Assembly (NCBI GenBank): GCA_044869275.1
Contig: JBIOXB010000137.1
Span: 27,049-91,048 of the forward strand
Length of the DNA: 64,000 nucleotides
Source of the DNA: a bacterium
GTDB taxonomy: Bacteria > Zhuqueibacterota > Zhuqueibacteria > Zhuqueibacterales > Zhuqueibacteraceae
Direction of reading: 5' to 3'
The notes beneath the pieces were generated by a model that saw only the letters and a list, made by a program, of their open reading frames with translations, was not told the origin of the DNA and made no database searches. A program made the position numbers and the translations under genes. Shown here one piece after another: positions 1 to 9,498 of the stretch (positions within the stretch are counted from its first letter, which is position 1; each line of letters begins with the position of its first letter).

Positions 1-26
1 TGGGTTTCCTGAAACGGCCAGGTGCC

Positions 27-983
27 TCACCTCCCGGTGCTCTGCCGCAGATACTTCAAAAAATCGGCATCCGTCTTCAAGAACAGCGTGCTGTTGCTGG
101 AGAGCGTGCTGCGGTAGGCTTCCAGTGTCTGCAGAAAAGAGTAAAACTCCGGATCGCGATTGTATGCCTCGGCGTAGATTTTCGCGGCTCTGGCGTCGGC
201 TTCACCTTTGAGCTGTTGCGCCTTTTTGTAAGCTTCGGATTGAATGCGCTGCAATTCCTTCTCGCGCTGGCCTTCGATTTTGGCGCGCTCGCCCTGGCCT
301 TCCGAACGGTATCTTTCCGCGATACGATTGCGCTCCGAAATCATTCTCTCGTATACTTTTTTGCGCACCTCTTCAATGTAGTCGAGGTGATTGATGCGCA
401 CGTCCACCAATTCGATGCCATATTGCGGCATGGTCTCGCGCGCACGTTCTAAAATTTGAATCGTGATCGCGCGCCTGCCGTGTTTGATTTTTTCAACCTC
501 CTGGATGCCGATGGTTTCCACGGCACCCTCGCGCGCCCCTTCTGCCACCGTCACCATCTCGCGATTGGTATCGCGCACCAGCTCGATGAGCGGGTTTTTC
601 GTAATGATGTCACGCGTGACGCCGTCAATGATGTCGTCCAACCGGCTTTGCGCGTTGCGTTCGTTGGTGACGGATTGATAAAACTTCAGCGGATCAGCGA
701 TGCGCCAACGCGCAAAAGTGCTGACCCAGATGTATTTCTTGTCTTCGGTGGGAATCTGATTCGGATCTCCCTCCCATTCAATCAAGCGCTTGTCGAATAC
801 CGTGATTTTCTGAATGAACGGCATTTTCACGTGCAGGCCGGCCGTGCGCACGGGCTGGCCGATCGGCTCGCCGAACTGCGTAATGATCGCCTGCTCGGTT
901 TCATTCAGCGTATAAAAAGCGCTGTTGAAAATCAGAAGAAGTGCGGCGGCTAAAACCGCAAAGCGCAAACTCTTGCCGTTCAT
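27..983 (-). CDS. hflC: Protease modulator HflC (SPFH domain)
   Basis: N-terminal TM followed by an SPFH domain (EQAIITQFG, GLHVKMPFIQ, YGIELVDVRI, RMISER, YNRDPEFYSF). Overlaps the hflK stop. Confidence 0.95.
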   Translation of the reverse strand: MNGKSLRFAVLAAALLLIFNSAFYTLNETEQAIITQFGEPIGQPVRTAGLHVKMPFIQKITVFDKRLIEWEGDPNQIPTEDKKYIWVSTFARWRIADPLKFYQSVTNERNAQSRLDDIIDGVTRDIITKNPLIELVRDTNREMVTVAEGAREGAVETIGIQEVEKIKHGRRAITIQILERARETMPQYGIELVDVRINHLDYIEEVRKKVYERMISERNRIAERYRSEGQGERAKIEGQREKELQRIQSEAYKKAQQLKGEADARAAKIYAEAYNRDPEFYSFLQTLEAYRSTLSSNSTLFLKTDADFLKYLRQSTGR

Positions 984-1969
984 TTTTGCTCTCCTTTCGC
1001 GGGCGCGGCCATTTGCAGCAGCGGGATGAGCGTCTGCTGCTTTTCATCGATGATGTACAGTTCTTTGACTTTGGGCATGATCTCCAACATGGTTTCGAGA
1101 TACATGCGCCGCCGCGTCACGTCGCGCGCGCGATTGTATTCCTGCCACACCGCCAGAAACTTTTGCGCGTCGCCGCCGGCGTGGTTGACGCGATTGATGG
1201 CGTAGCCTTCCGCCTCGCTGACGATTTGCTGCGCTTCGCCTTCGGCTTGCGGGATGACTTTATTGTAAGCTTCCAATGCTTCGTTGATGATGCGCTCTTT
1301 TTCCTGCTTGGCTTCGTTCACGGCATTGAAGGCAGGTTGCACCAGTGGCGGCGGATTGACATCCTGCAGGTTGACCGTAACCACGTCCACGCCGATTTCG
1401 TAGCGATTCAGCATCTCTTGTATGAAATCGCGCACTTTCAAGGCAATGTCCTGGCGGCTGGCGATAATGACCTCGTCCACGCTGTGATCGCCCACGGCTT
1501 CACGCATCGCCGATTCGGAAACGTGGCGAATCGTGGCCTCCGCGTTTCTGGCGCTGAACAGGAATTTCACCGGATCTTTGATACGATATTGCACGATCCA
1601 TTCCACCACGGCCGAATTCAAATCGCCGGTAAGCATGAGCGATTCGTTGGAAAAATCGCCCTCGGCAAACGTCGAGCGTACGCCCGCTTCGGCTGTGCGG
1701 AAGCCGAATTCTTCCTTGAACACACGCTGCACTTTCACCTTTTGCACGGTTTCTATGCCCAAAGGCAAACGCAGATGCAAACCGGGCTCGGTCGTGCTCA
1801 CGTACTTGCCGAAGCGTTGAATCACCCCCACTTCATCGGCGTCGACCGTATAAAAAGTTGAGAAAAGCAGCGACAAAACCAGCAAGCCGCCGATGCCAAA
1901 CATCAGCCACTTTCTGTCGAAAACTGGCAAGCGGAATTCGCGCTGGCCAAAATCAGGTCTGCTTTGCAC
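980..1969 (-). CDS. hflK: FtsH protease modulator HflK
   Basis: TM followed by SPFH (GVIQRFGKY, MLTGDLN, VQPAFNAVNEA, VTRRRMYLETM). GTG start, directly upstream of hflC. Confidence 0.95.
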   Translation of the reverse strand: MQSRPDFGQREFRLPVFDRKWLMFGIGGLLVLSLLFSTFYTVDADEVGVIQRFGKYVSTTEPGLHLRLPLGIETVQKVKVQRVFKEEFGFRTAEAGVRSTFAEGDFSNESLMLTGDLNSAVVEWIVQYRIKDPVKFLFSARNAEATIRHVSESAMREAVGDHSVDEVIIASRQDIALKVRDFIQEMLNRYEIGVDVVTVNLQDVNPPPLVQPAFNAVNEAKQEKERIINEALEAYNKVIPQAEGEAQQIVSEAEGYAINRVNHAGGDAQKFLAVWQEYNRARDVTRRRMYLETMLEIMPKVKELYIIDEKQQTLIPLLQMAAPAKGEQK

Positions 1970-2025
1970 GATATCTCATCCTTCTCCTCGTGAGTCTCAA
2001 GAAAAAGCTGTTGTGTGAGTTAGTG

Positions 2026-2145
2026 CCATTACAAGTTAAATCTGTGCTTTTTGAGCAAAGAAATCCAAAATCCAAGGCTCAAAATTCAATACCCACTTTG
2101 GGCTTGGTGTTTTGAGTTTTTCGTTTCCAGCTTGTCCGGGTTAGG
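2026..2145. repeat. 120-bp dispersed repeat (MITE-like), copy 1
   Basis: Ungapped manual alignment to 22587-22706 gives 105/120 identities. Internal imperfect palindrome (aaatccaaggctcaaaa ... ttgggcttggtgttttgagtttt). Confidence 0.9.
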
Positions 2146-2178
2146 TACCATGCGCGAAGTACAATGGCCCAAACGACA

Positions 2179-2210
2179 AGACCTTCCCGGTCTGATCACC
2201 AGGAAGGCCT
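2179..2210. repeat. Degenerate REP-like hairpin, same family as 8265-8297
   Basis: agaccttcccggt-ctgatc-accaggaaggcct: 13-bp arms with 2 mismatches, downstream of the 2251 stop. Confidence 0.6.
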
Positions 2211-2250
2211 TACACAATTATACGACTTTATTTTGCCAGAACCAACTGGT

Positions 2251-4914
2251 TTATCGCGTGATGAGCAATTTGCGCGTCATCTGTTGCGTGCCGGCTTTCA
2301 AGACGTAAAAATAAATGCCGTTGGCCGTGAGCACCCCGCGCTGATCGCGGCCATTCCAGCGCGCCAGATGGCGGCCCGCGGTCTGTGGGCCGGATTGCAA
2401 GGTGTTGATCAACCGCCCCTGCAGATTATAGATCTTCAATTCCACCACTTCCGGACGCGGCAAGATATATTCGATTTGCGTTTCCGCGCGAAAAGGATTG
2501 GGCCGGTTCTGCTGCAGCGCAAATTCGTTGGGGACGTCCGTTTCTTCCCCAACACCAACTGGCGGCGATACTTGCAACCTGACGGGAATAGCCCGTTCCG
2601 CGTTGTTCGGATCATTGGTGTTGATAATAAGCAACGCCGAATACGATTGGATTTTCAGACCGTTGGTGTTGAAATTGACCGTAATATTCTGGCTGCCCGC
2701 GCCGTTGATCGAGCCGGAACCGGGTGAAGCGCTCAGCCAAAGCGCATCTGCATTTGCATCGAAGCCGATGGTGCCGTGTCCTTCGTTCGGCGCGACGTCG
2801 GCGCTGGTGGCGCCATCTTCAATGCTGCCGGCGAAATAAAATGCGCTTGCTACTACATTGAGATTACCGTCATCATTGCCAAGGTCGCTCAACAAAATTG
2901 TTGCGGTGATCGAGCTATCCGTTCCGACAATCACGGCATCGGGGCGAACCAATGGCGCGCCACCAGCCACGTTATCGAAAATGACCACCGCCGCCGGGGG
3001 AATTGGAAAACCAGGCACCGGCAATGCCCGCACAGTCAGAATGACATCGAATTCAGGGCCGAGATCGTTCAAGAAGATTCCAATTGAGGACTCGCCGGTG
3101 CTAGGGTTTTGGTCGGTATCCAAAGTCAAACCTGTCACTAAACTGTCGCGATCCACAGGATGCGCAAATTTCATTTTGATGGCAATGGCATCCGTTTTTT
3201 TCTCTGCGAGAACGCTGACGAAATCAGGTTGAGGCCCGCCAAAAACATCACCAATGGAGTCCGTGATGATGGTCTCCAATTGCTGAATCTGGTTGGCGAA
3301 CAAACTGGGCTCATGCGCCGCAATCACGGGCGGGTTTTCTTTCAAAACCTGGCCGAGCCGCGCGAGAAGTTGTACGGAGGAGGTCGGAGAAGAAGCCGCC
3401 AAACCGGGGCCGTTGACATCACGAATTGAAAAACGCAACGTACCCGGCCCAGTGTTCCTCAAAGAGAAAGTCTGCTCTGCGACGGAATTCACGGGCAGGG
3501 CAGCCGCAACGCTGTCGATGTCCAAAGCGAGAAAAGCATTTTCCGGTTGCAAGGCAAAATCCAGCCGCAAATTCTGAGCACCTGGAGCTATGTCAATTTG
3601 CAGCGTATCTGCAAAGTAACCCAGCCGAGAAGCAATGAGGGTGTGCCTGCCCTGGTTGGTGCGGAAGACGTACGCGCCACTGGCATTTGTCTGCACGGCT
3701 TTCTGGGCTTCCACGAAATGCAAAGTGACCTCTCCCAGCGCGGCCGTGGTTTCACGATTCGTCACTCTCCCCATTACACCGCCAGCCTCAACGGTATCGA
3801 ACTTGAATACGTACAAGCCGGTTTGTATGTCCGAAACCACGATCGTGCCGGAGGGAAAATATGGATACACGCCCCAGTCGCCGTTGAAGCCTTGGCCGGG
3901 ATCAGGATAGGTGTCGTAATAAGCCACTTCCACCGGGTCGCGCGGATTGGAAATATCCAGGATTTTCACGCCCTCCACATAATGCGAGAGATAGGCATAT
4001 TGGCCCCGCACATGCACGTTATGAGCGATTTGATCCGGATTGCCGATATATTCCGCCACCAATTCAATATTGTTGTCATTGGAAGGGTCATTATCCCACA
4101 ACACGCGAATATCCCAAAACTTGACGGTGTAACCTGTGACTTCATCGGTGGTAATGAGATAATTGCTGTCTTCGGTTACGCCGGAATTGTGGGAAAACCC
4201 GCGCGGATATACAAGCTTCGTGAGCAATCTTGGCTGGCTGCGATCGGAGACGTCGAGAATATCCACGTGGCCGCCATCATTGATATTGCTGTTGAATAGA
4301 ATATTGTTGTGCAGGAACGAATCGTGCACATAGTGCCGACTATAGTTGCTCACCGGCTGAGGCAGCAAGGGATCAGCCAAACTGAAAATACGAATTCCGC
4401 CGTTGGCACCTCCAGTTCCAGCAGTCGCTGTGCCGCCTTGAATGTAGAGGTGGCCGGAGTCGTCCACACTGACAGAATGCGCTCTCGCGTTCGCTGCGGT
4501 CACTCCCGGCCATAAGATTGAGTAGAAGATGGGAGCCGGATCCGGCAAGGTGCCCAAATACACGACTTGAATGCCACTATATTCGTTGGGAGCAGTGGCT
4601 TCGCTGACCACGTAGGCAACGTCCCGATAAGTCTTGATCTCCCTCCATGCGGTCGGTCCGGGCCCCGGCACAAAAGCGGCTTCTACAGGATGGCTAGGGT
4701 CTGTAATGTTCACGATCGATAGCCCCACGTCTGTGCCGAGCAGCGCATACTCGCGTCCTTGAGGATCAGTGTAACCCCAAATATTCGAGTAACCATGGTA
4801 TTGGTGCAAATGGCCAAGCAAGGTCAGATTGTTGTTCACACCCGGTTGGTATTGTGCGAATCCTGAAACGACGAGCAAAGCCAGAAACAGCGAGGAATTG
4901 TATACGAATCGCAT
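2251..4914 (-). CDS. Secreted choice-of-anchor B / LVIVD-repeat protein with carboxypeptidase-regulatory-like domain and C-terminal FlgD-Ig/sorting domain
   Basis: Signal peptide MRFVYNSSLFLALLVVSGFAQ; YSNIWGYTDPQGREYAL; LVIVD-like repeats (VKILDISNPRDPVEVAYYD, WGVYPYFPSG); C-terminal LQQNRPNPF...LKIYNLQG...WNGRD...GIYFYVL. ATG 4914 chosen because GGAGG lies 6 nt upstream. Confidence 0.85.
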   Translation of the reverse strand: MRFVYNSSLFLALLVVSGFAQYQPGVNNNLTLLGHLHQYHGYSNIWGYTDPQGREYALLGTDVGLSIVNITDPSHPVEAAFVPGPGPTAWREIKTYRDVAYVVSEATAPNEYSGIQVVYLGTLPDPAPIFYSILWPGVTAANARAHSVSVDDSGHLYIQGGTATAGTGGANGGIRIFSLADPLLPQPVSNYSRHYVHDSFLHNNILFNSNINDGGHVDILDVSDRSQPRLLTKLVYPRGFSHNSGVTEDSNYLITTDEVTGYTVKFWDIRVLWDNDPSNDNNIELVAEYIGNPDQIAHNVHVRGQYAYLSHYVEGVKILDISNPRDPVEVAYYDTYPDPGQGFNGDWGVYPYFPSGTIVVSDIQTGLYVFKFDTVEAGGVMGRVTNRETTAALGEVTLHFVEAQKAVQTNASGAYVFRTNQGRHTLIASRLGYFADTLQIDIAPGAQNLRLDFALQPENAFLALDIDSVAAALPVNSVAEQTFSLRNTGPGTLRFSIRDVNGPGLAASSPTSSVQLLARLGQVLKENPPVIAAHEPSLFANQIQQLETIITDSIGDVFGGPQPDFVSVLAEKKTDAIAIKMKFAHPVDRDSLVTGLTLDTDQNPSTGESSIGIFLNDLGPEFDVILTVRALPVPGFPIPPAAVVIFDNVAGGAPLVRPDAVIVGTDSSITATILLSDLGNDDGNLNVVASAFYFAGSIEDGATSADVAPNEGHGTIGFDANADALWLSASPGSGSINGAGSQNITVNFNTNGLKIQSYSALLIINTNDPNNAERAIPVRLQVSPPVGVGEETDVPNEFALQQNRPNPFRAETQIEYILPRPEVVELKIYNLQGRLINTLQSGPQTAGRHLARWNGRDQRGVLTANGIYFYVLKAGTQQMTRKLLITR

Positions 4915-5221
4915 AGGCATCCTCCGCGGAGAAGTTGTTGGGGGGATTAGTCTAACCACGCTGGCTTGAAGTGAGCGCTCAGCCAAACCGTCGGCCAGGG
5001 GTTGTACCCTGCCATCATACGCAGGCATGTCCCGGGGGTTTCAATCGCGACTGCAGGATTGTTCTGACGGCGTTCAACCAGGAGGAGGGCGCGCTTACGG
5101 AAAGGACGAGCCGGACGAGAGGTGGTCGGGAAGGCGGGTGTATCGTGAGCCTTGGATCCTGAAATCCCGGGACAATCTGCAGAGCTACCGCAAAAACGAT
5201 CGTCCCGAGACGGAGCATGTT

Positions 5222-6289
5222 CTATTTCGGAGCGGAAAGTTGCTGAAGGAGTTCACCGGCCTTTTGGCTGCGGCCGTGACCATGCAAGCTCCGGCTGCGT
5301 TCGAGGTATGCAAGGGCGTCATCCCGGCGTTCTAAAATCAGGCATGCTTTGGCGGCAAAGTAATACGCCGGACCCACGAATTCGGGGTCCGGCGGTACGG
5401 CGTAACTTTGGTTTTCCGGCAATGCTTGTTCCATCTTTTTAAGCGCGGCGGCGATGCGAGGCTCATTGAAGTGTGGGAAGAACCCGAGATAATCGGATTG
5501 CCCCTCCTTGAGCGTGCTGAGCAATTCGTAAAGCCGGAAACGAAACAAGGCTTCGCCTTCCAGCTCGCGCTCATCCACACCCGCGAGCGCATCCAGGGCC
5601 CCTGAAACGTCAGCATCGATCAAAGCCTCGTGCGCAGCTTGTAAAATCGGATTAGCCTCATCAGATGCGCGGTCGCGGTCCCTTTGCAGGCAGGAACGAA
5701 GGTCTTCACCGCGCATGTCCCTGACAGCGAAGTCGTTGGACCGGCGCGCCTCACTCGCAAAAAAGATGAGCAGATACGAAGTGAGGATGCCAACCGAGGC
5801 CATCGTCGTCTTCATCAGCTTCGAAGTGAACCGGCTCATGGAATTGAGGTTGGGCTTGGTTCCGGCGGGAAAAGGTGTTCCAGCCTGGACCGGCTCGGCC
5901 GGCAGGGCGAACTTCTCCACCGTGCCAAATACGATTTCTTCGCAGCGTGCGAGCTCTTCTTGCAAATGCCGCTCGCGCGAGCGGCATAAGGAGCATCTTT
6001 GCAGATGGGCACGATGCCGCTGCAGCATTTTGCGGTCGGCGGCAGGCAAATCGGCGTGCGAGTCCATGGCCGTCAAGTGAAACAGCAATTGTCCTCGCGA
6101 CAAATGTACGGATGCCTGAAAACTCTTCTTGACTCTTTGCCGCAGCCGTCCCGAGGTATTTATGATGCGCTGGCAATCGGGACAATGCGGGAGATGTTTT
6201 TCAAGACGGCTGGCGAGATTGGCGGGTACTTCTAAGTCGCCTTCGAGGGCGTATTGCAATTCCCGGTGCTCTTCATGTGTCAATTCCAT
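5222..6289 (-). CDS. Putative membrane-anchored anti-sigma factor with two zf-HC2 (HxxxCxxC) motifs and a helical/TPR-like C-terminus
   Basis: HLPHCPDC and HLQRCSLC, then a hydrophobic segment (MASVGILTSYLLIFFA) and a helical C-terminal region. Start overlaps the ECF sigma stop. Confidence 0.7.
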   Translation of the reverse strand: MELTHEEHRELQYALEGDLEVPANLASRLEKHLPHCPDCQRIINTSGRLRQRVKKSFQASVHLSRGQLLFHLTAMDSHADLPAADRKMLQRHRAHLQRCSLCRSRERHLQEELARCEEIVFGTVEKFALPAEPVQAGTPFPAGTKPNLNSMSRFTSKLMKTTMASVGILTSYLLIFFASEARRSNDFAVRDMRGEDLRSCLQRDRDRASDEANPILQAAHEALIDADVSGALDALAGVDERELEGEALFRFRLYELLSTLKEGQSDYLGFFPHFNEPRIAAALKKMEQALPENQSYAVPPDPEFVGPAYYFAAKACLILERRDDALAYLERSRSLHGHGRSQKAGELLQQLSAPK

Positions 6290-6914
6290 GACTTGAACCC
6301 TCCCCATGGTGAAGGTTGAGATGTTTCTGCAATAGTCTCTTTGCCCGGGTGAGATACATGCGCGCGGTGTTGGGCTTTATCCCGGTGGCTTTCGAAATAT
6401 CACTAAAAGGCAAGTCGTCGACGAAATGCAGGGTGATGACGATCCTTTGCTTCTCAGAGAGCTGGCGCATCAGGATCGCAAAGTCGAGCTTATCGATTTG
6501 CCGGGACTGTTCTTCTTCACTCAGCCTTTCGCTGCCGGCGTCGAAACGAGCGTCATTGTCTTGTGAGGCGTTGCTCAAAAGCTGAAAATAGCGCCGGAAA
6601 GCCGTGCAGCGCTGGCCTATCAAGACTGCCGGAAGCCAGCCGCGCAAGCGCTGAATCGTGCCCAGCTGCTCGAGCAATTGGATCATCACGTCTTGCGCAA
6701 AATCGTCTGCGTCATACACCGACGGCAGCCCGACCAAGCGCGCATACTTGTGCGCCGCTGCGAAGACATATTGGCACAATTGTGCTCGCGCTTGCTCATC
6801 TCCGCCCTGAGCTTGCCTCAAGAGCGTTTCGTGAAGTTCTTGGATTTTGGAACCACCCTGCTCACCCTCCCCGTAAGATGGTCGTCTCCGGGAATGCAAA
6901 CCTGCGCCTTTCAC
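6273..6914 (-). CDS. ECF-family RNA polymerase sigma factor
   Basis: Region 2 (AQGGDEQARAQL, DADDFAQDVMI, LRGWL) and region 4 (LSEKQRIVITLHFVDDLPFSDIS..TGIKPNTARMYLTRAK). Exact start uncertain. Confidence 0.85.
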   Translation of the reverse strand: MKGAGLHSRRRPSYGEGEQGGSKIQELHETLLRQAQGGDEQARAQLCQYVFAAAHKYARLVGLPSVYDADDFAQDVMIQLLEQLGTIQRLRGWLPAVLIGQRCTAFRRYFQLLSNASQDNDARFDAGSERLSEEEQSRQIDKLDFAILMRQLSEKQRIVITLHFVDDLPFSDISKATGIKPNTARMYLTRAKRLLQKHLNLHHGEGSSHGIDT

Positions 6915-7152
6915 GTTTGTCTCCTACAACCAGTTTAGGAGTTCCAAACAGGTTGCTGAAATGTGCCGCAATCTGGGGGGAGAATTCGGTCGATTGGCGC
7001 GAACTTACCGATTAGTACCTACATTTGCAAGGACTATTTTTAAAGAACAGGCTTGCAAATCTAAAAAACGTTTTGAACATTTTCTTCCCGGCGAAGTGGC
7101 CAACCGCGCAGTGCGCCGGCACAGACGACAAACTTTGAAAGGAAAAAAACAC

Positions 7153-7374
7153 ATGCCTCCCGAACCGAAAAAGCAAGATGCGAATGCACCGGTTTCCTTA
7201 ATTGTAGAAATCAAATCGCCCGACGGACGCGTGTGGGGCGTGTTGACCGCCAGCCGCAAACATTTCTCCTCCGGCTCGGTGGGTTTTTATGCGAACGGCA
7301 AAATCGAAAACCCAGATTCGCAAGAAAAGTATCAAGTGGGCGCGAATATTACCCTCGTCGGCAGCAAACCTTAG
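7153..7374 (+). CDS. Small conserved hypothetical protein (73 aa)
   Basis: ATG preceded by GAAAGGA. Motif KHFSSGSVGFYANGKI...YQVGANITLVGSK resembles a widespread uncharacterised beta-rich family (recognised from memory). Confidence 0.75.
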   Translation: MPPEPKKQDANAPVSLIVEIKSPDGRVWGVLTASRKHFSSGSVGFYANGKIENPDSQEKYQVGANITLVGSKP

Positions 7375-7380
7375 TTCAAC

Positions 7381-8241
7381 CTAATTGCCGGCCGCTTTTT
7401 GTGCTTGCACGTATTCTCGAAAGATCTCTTGCAGGCGCCTGGTCACCGGGCCCGGCCTGCCTTCGCCAATTTCGTTTTGGTCGATGCGTATCAGAGGCGT
7501 AATCTCGCCCGAGGTCAGCGTGATGAAAGCCTCATCTGCGTGCTTGAATTCGCTCACCGTAAAAGCCCGCTCCTGGCAGGCTAGCTTTGATTGCCGGCAC
7601 AAATCAAGCACAACTTGACGCGTGATCCCGGGCAGCAGGATCGGCGCCTGCGGATGCGTGGCGATCACGCCCCGCAAAATCGCAAACACGTTGCTATGGC
7701 TGGCTTCAACCACGATTCCCTCGCGTAAGAAAACCGCTTCCTCCGCACCGGCTTCGTGCGCCTGCTGATTGGCCAGGACATTCGGCAAGAGATTCGTGGT
7801 CTTCAAATCGCAGCGCCCCCAGCGCAAATCCGGCACTGTGATCGCGGCGATCCCTTTTTCTGTCCAAGTGAGATTTGGCTGCAAAGGATTGGTCGCCATG
7901 AAAACCGTGGGCGGCACCGGCGGCGCGGGAAAGGCGTGGCGGCGTGGCTGCGCCGCGCCGCGTGTGATTTGCAGATATACGGTGGCGTCAGTTTCTGCAA
8001 GCTCGTTCATGCGCAGAAGCTCAGTCGCCGTTTCCACGAATCTTTCACACTCAGGCACCTCCACGCGCAAAGCACGCAGTCCATTGCGCAAGCGCTGCAC
8101 GTGTGCCTCTTTTTCAAAGAGAAAGCCGCGATAGCTGCGGAAAACCTCATACACGCTGTCGCCCAGCAGAAAACCGCGATCTTCCACTGAAATCGCAGCC
8201 TCTGCGCGTGGCAGAAACTGGCCGTTGAGATAGACGAGCAT
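7381..8241 (-). CDS. dat: D-amino acid aminotransferase (PLP fold type IV)
   Basis: VYLNGQF, ISVEDRGFLLGDSVYEV, YLQITRG, RWGRCDLKTTNLL (catalytic Lys), ILLPGITR, GRPGPVTRRLQ. Confidence 0.85.
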   Translation of the reverse strand: MLVYLNGQFLPRAEAAISVEDRGFLLGDSVYEVFRSYRGFLFEKEAHVQRLRNGLRALRVEVPECERFVETATELLRMNELAETDATVYLQITRGAAQPRRHAFPAPPVPPTVFMATNPLQPNLTWTEKGIAAITVPDLRWGRCDLKTTNLLPNVLANQQAHEAGAEEAVFLREGIVVEASHSNVFAILRGVIATHPQAPILLPGITRQVVLDLCRQSKLACQERAFTVSEFKHADEAFITLTSGEITPLIRIDQNEIGEGRPGPVTRRLQEIFREYVQAQKAAGN

Positions 8242-8264
8242 GCGATTGGATTCCTGATTGCCAA

Positions 8265-8297
8265 AAACCTTCCAGGTCTTTAAGACCTGGAAGGTTT
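8265..8297. repeat. Perfect 16-bp-arm palindrome (REP-like)
   Basis: aaaccttccaggtctt-t-aagacctggaaggttt, between the thioesterase stop and dat. Confidence 0.9.
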
Positions 8298-8758
8298 CAT
8301 TTCCAGTTCTTTTCCAGTTCACGTATTCTTTCTCGAACCGCATCCGGCAATGCCGCTTTTTTGTTCTGGCGATAGTCGAAAGCCACGATTTCCGCCGTGC
8401 CCTCCGCCGCGATTTTTTGCAAGCGCTGGCTGAAAATACGAAGCTCCATCACAAAACGATCATCTCTAATTTCCGTCACGCGCGCGCCAATGGAAATTGT
8501 GTCAGGGTAGGTCAACGGCTTGCGAAAGCGGCATTGCGTGTGCGCCAGAATCGGGCCGATCCCGCCGTGCACGGCGGGATCATCAAAATGAATACGCTCA
8601 AAATAGGCGAGACGCGCGCTTTCAAAATAGCGAAAATAAACGATGTTATTCACGTGCTGGAACGCGTCCATCTCGCCCCAGGCGACAGGGGTTTTGATGA
8701 CGACGGGGGATTGCTCGAGCAAATCCAGGGGCATAAAAGCTCCGGCCATGCTAATCAT
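8297..8758 (-). CDS. Acyl-CoA thioesterase (4HBT/YbgC hot-dog family)
   Basis: VAWGEMDAFQHVNNIVYFRYFESAR, CRFRKPLTYPD. The true start may be 8749 or 8734. Confidence 0.9.
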   Translation of the reverse strand: MISMAGAFMPLDLLEQSPVVIKTPVAWGEMDAFQHVNNIVYFRYFESARLAYFERIHFDDPAVHGGIGPILAHTQCRFRKPLTYPDTISIGARVTEIRDDRFVMELRIFSQRLQKIAAEGTAEIVAFDYRQNKKAALPDAVRERIRELEKNWK

Positions 8759-9497
8759 TTCCGTGGATCATTGCAATAAATCTCTGCTCCAGCGAGGAAC
8801 CCTCCGACCGCAGTTTTTCCCACTCCTCCCGCCGCATCTCGGCCAAAACGCGGCCGCGATGCAAGAGAATTATGCGATCGCACAGATGCTCCACGGTTTC
8901 AATGATATGTGAAGAAAACAAAACCGTGCCGCCAGTGCGGCAATACTCGCGCAGGAATTCCTTGAAGTGAAAGCTCGCTTCCGGATCGAGCCCATTGGTG
9001 GCTTCGTCCAACAGCAAAATATCGGGCGCACCAACCAAAGCAGCGCACAGGCTGAGCTTGCGCCGCATGCCATGCGAATAGTTTTTGATCAACTCACCGG
9101 CTTTCGCAGTCAATTCAAAAAACGCCAGCCATTTCTCAATATCCTCTTGTTCTTTGCTTTTTTCTTTTTGCTCTTTGTCGTTTGCTGTTCCCTTGGCGGC
9201 CGCGATGAACTGCAAAAATTCCGCGCCGGTCAAATACTCATAGAAAATCGGGTTCTCCGGAGAATATCCCAGGCGCCGTTTGTATTCGACCTCTCCGAAA
9301 ATGATTTGCTGCTCCGCCAGATAAATCTCGCCTTCGTCCGCGGCCAGCAATCCCACGATGATCTTGAACAGTGTCGATTTACCCGCGCCGTTCGGGCCGA
9401 GCACGCCGCACAGTTCGCCTTGGGCTAGGGCAAAGGAAACGTGATCGAGCGCCTGCACATGATCGAATCTCTTGCTGAGACCACGAATGGCAATCAT
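8751..9497 (-). CDS. ABC transporter ATP-binding protein
   Basis: Walker A GPNGAGKST, signature YSHGMRRK, Walker B LLLDEATNGLD, H-loop SSH. Confidence 0.93.
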   Translation of the reverse strand: MIAIRGLSKRFDHVQALDHVSFALAQGELCGVLGPNGAGKSTLFKIIVGLLAADEGEIYLAEQQIIFGEVEYKRRLGYSPENPIFYEYLTGAEFLQFIAAAKGTANDKEQKEKSKEQEDIEKWLAFFELTAKAGELIKNYSHGMRRKLSLCAALVGAPDILLLDEATNGLDPEASFHFKEFLREYCRTGGTVLFSSHIIETVEHLCDRIILLHRGRVLAEMRREEWEKLRSEGSSLEQRFIAMIHGND

Positions 9498-9498
9498 G

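Noticed and set aside
4915..5221. N-terminal extension of the secreted protein to 5028 and small ORFs in this gap
   Set aside because: The RBS and signal peptide support a start at 4914, and the small ORFs lack motifs.
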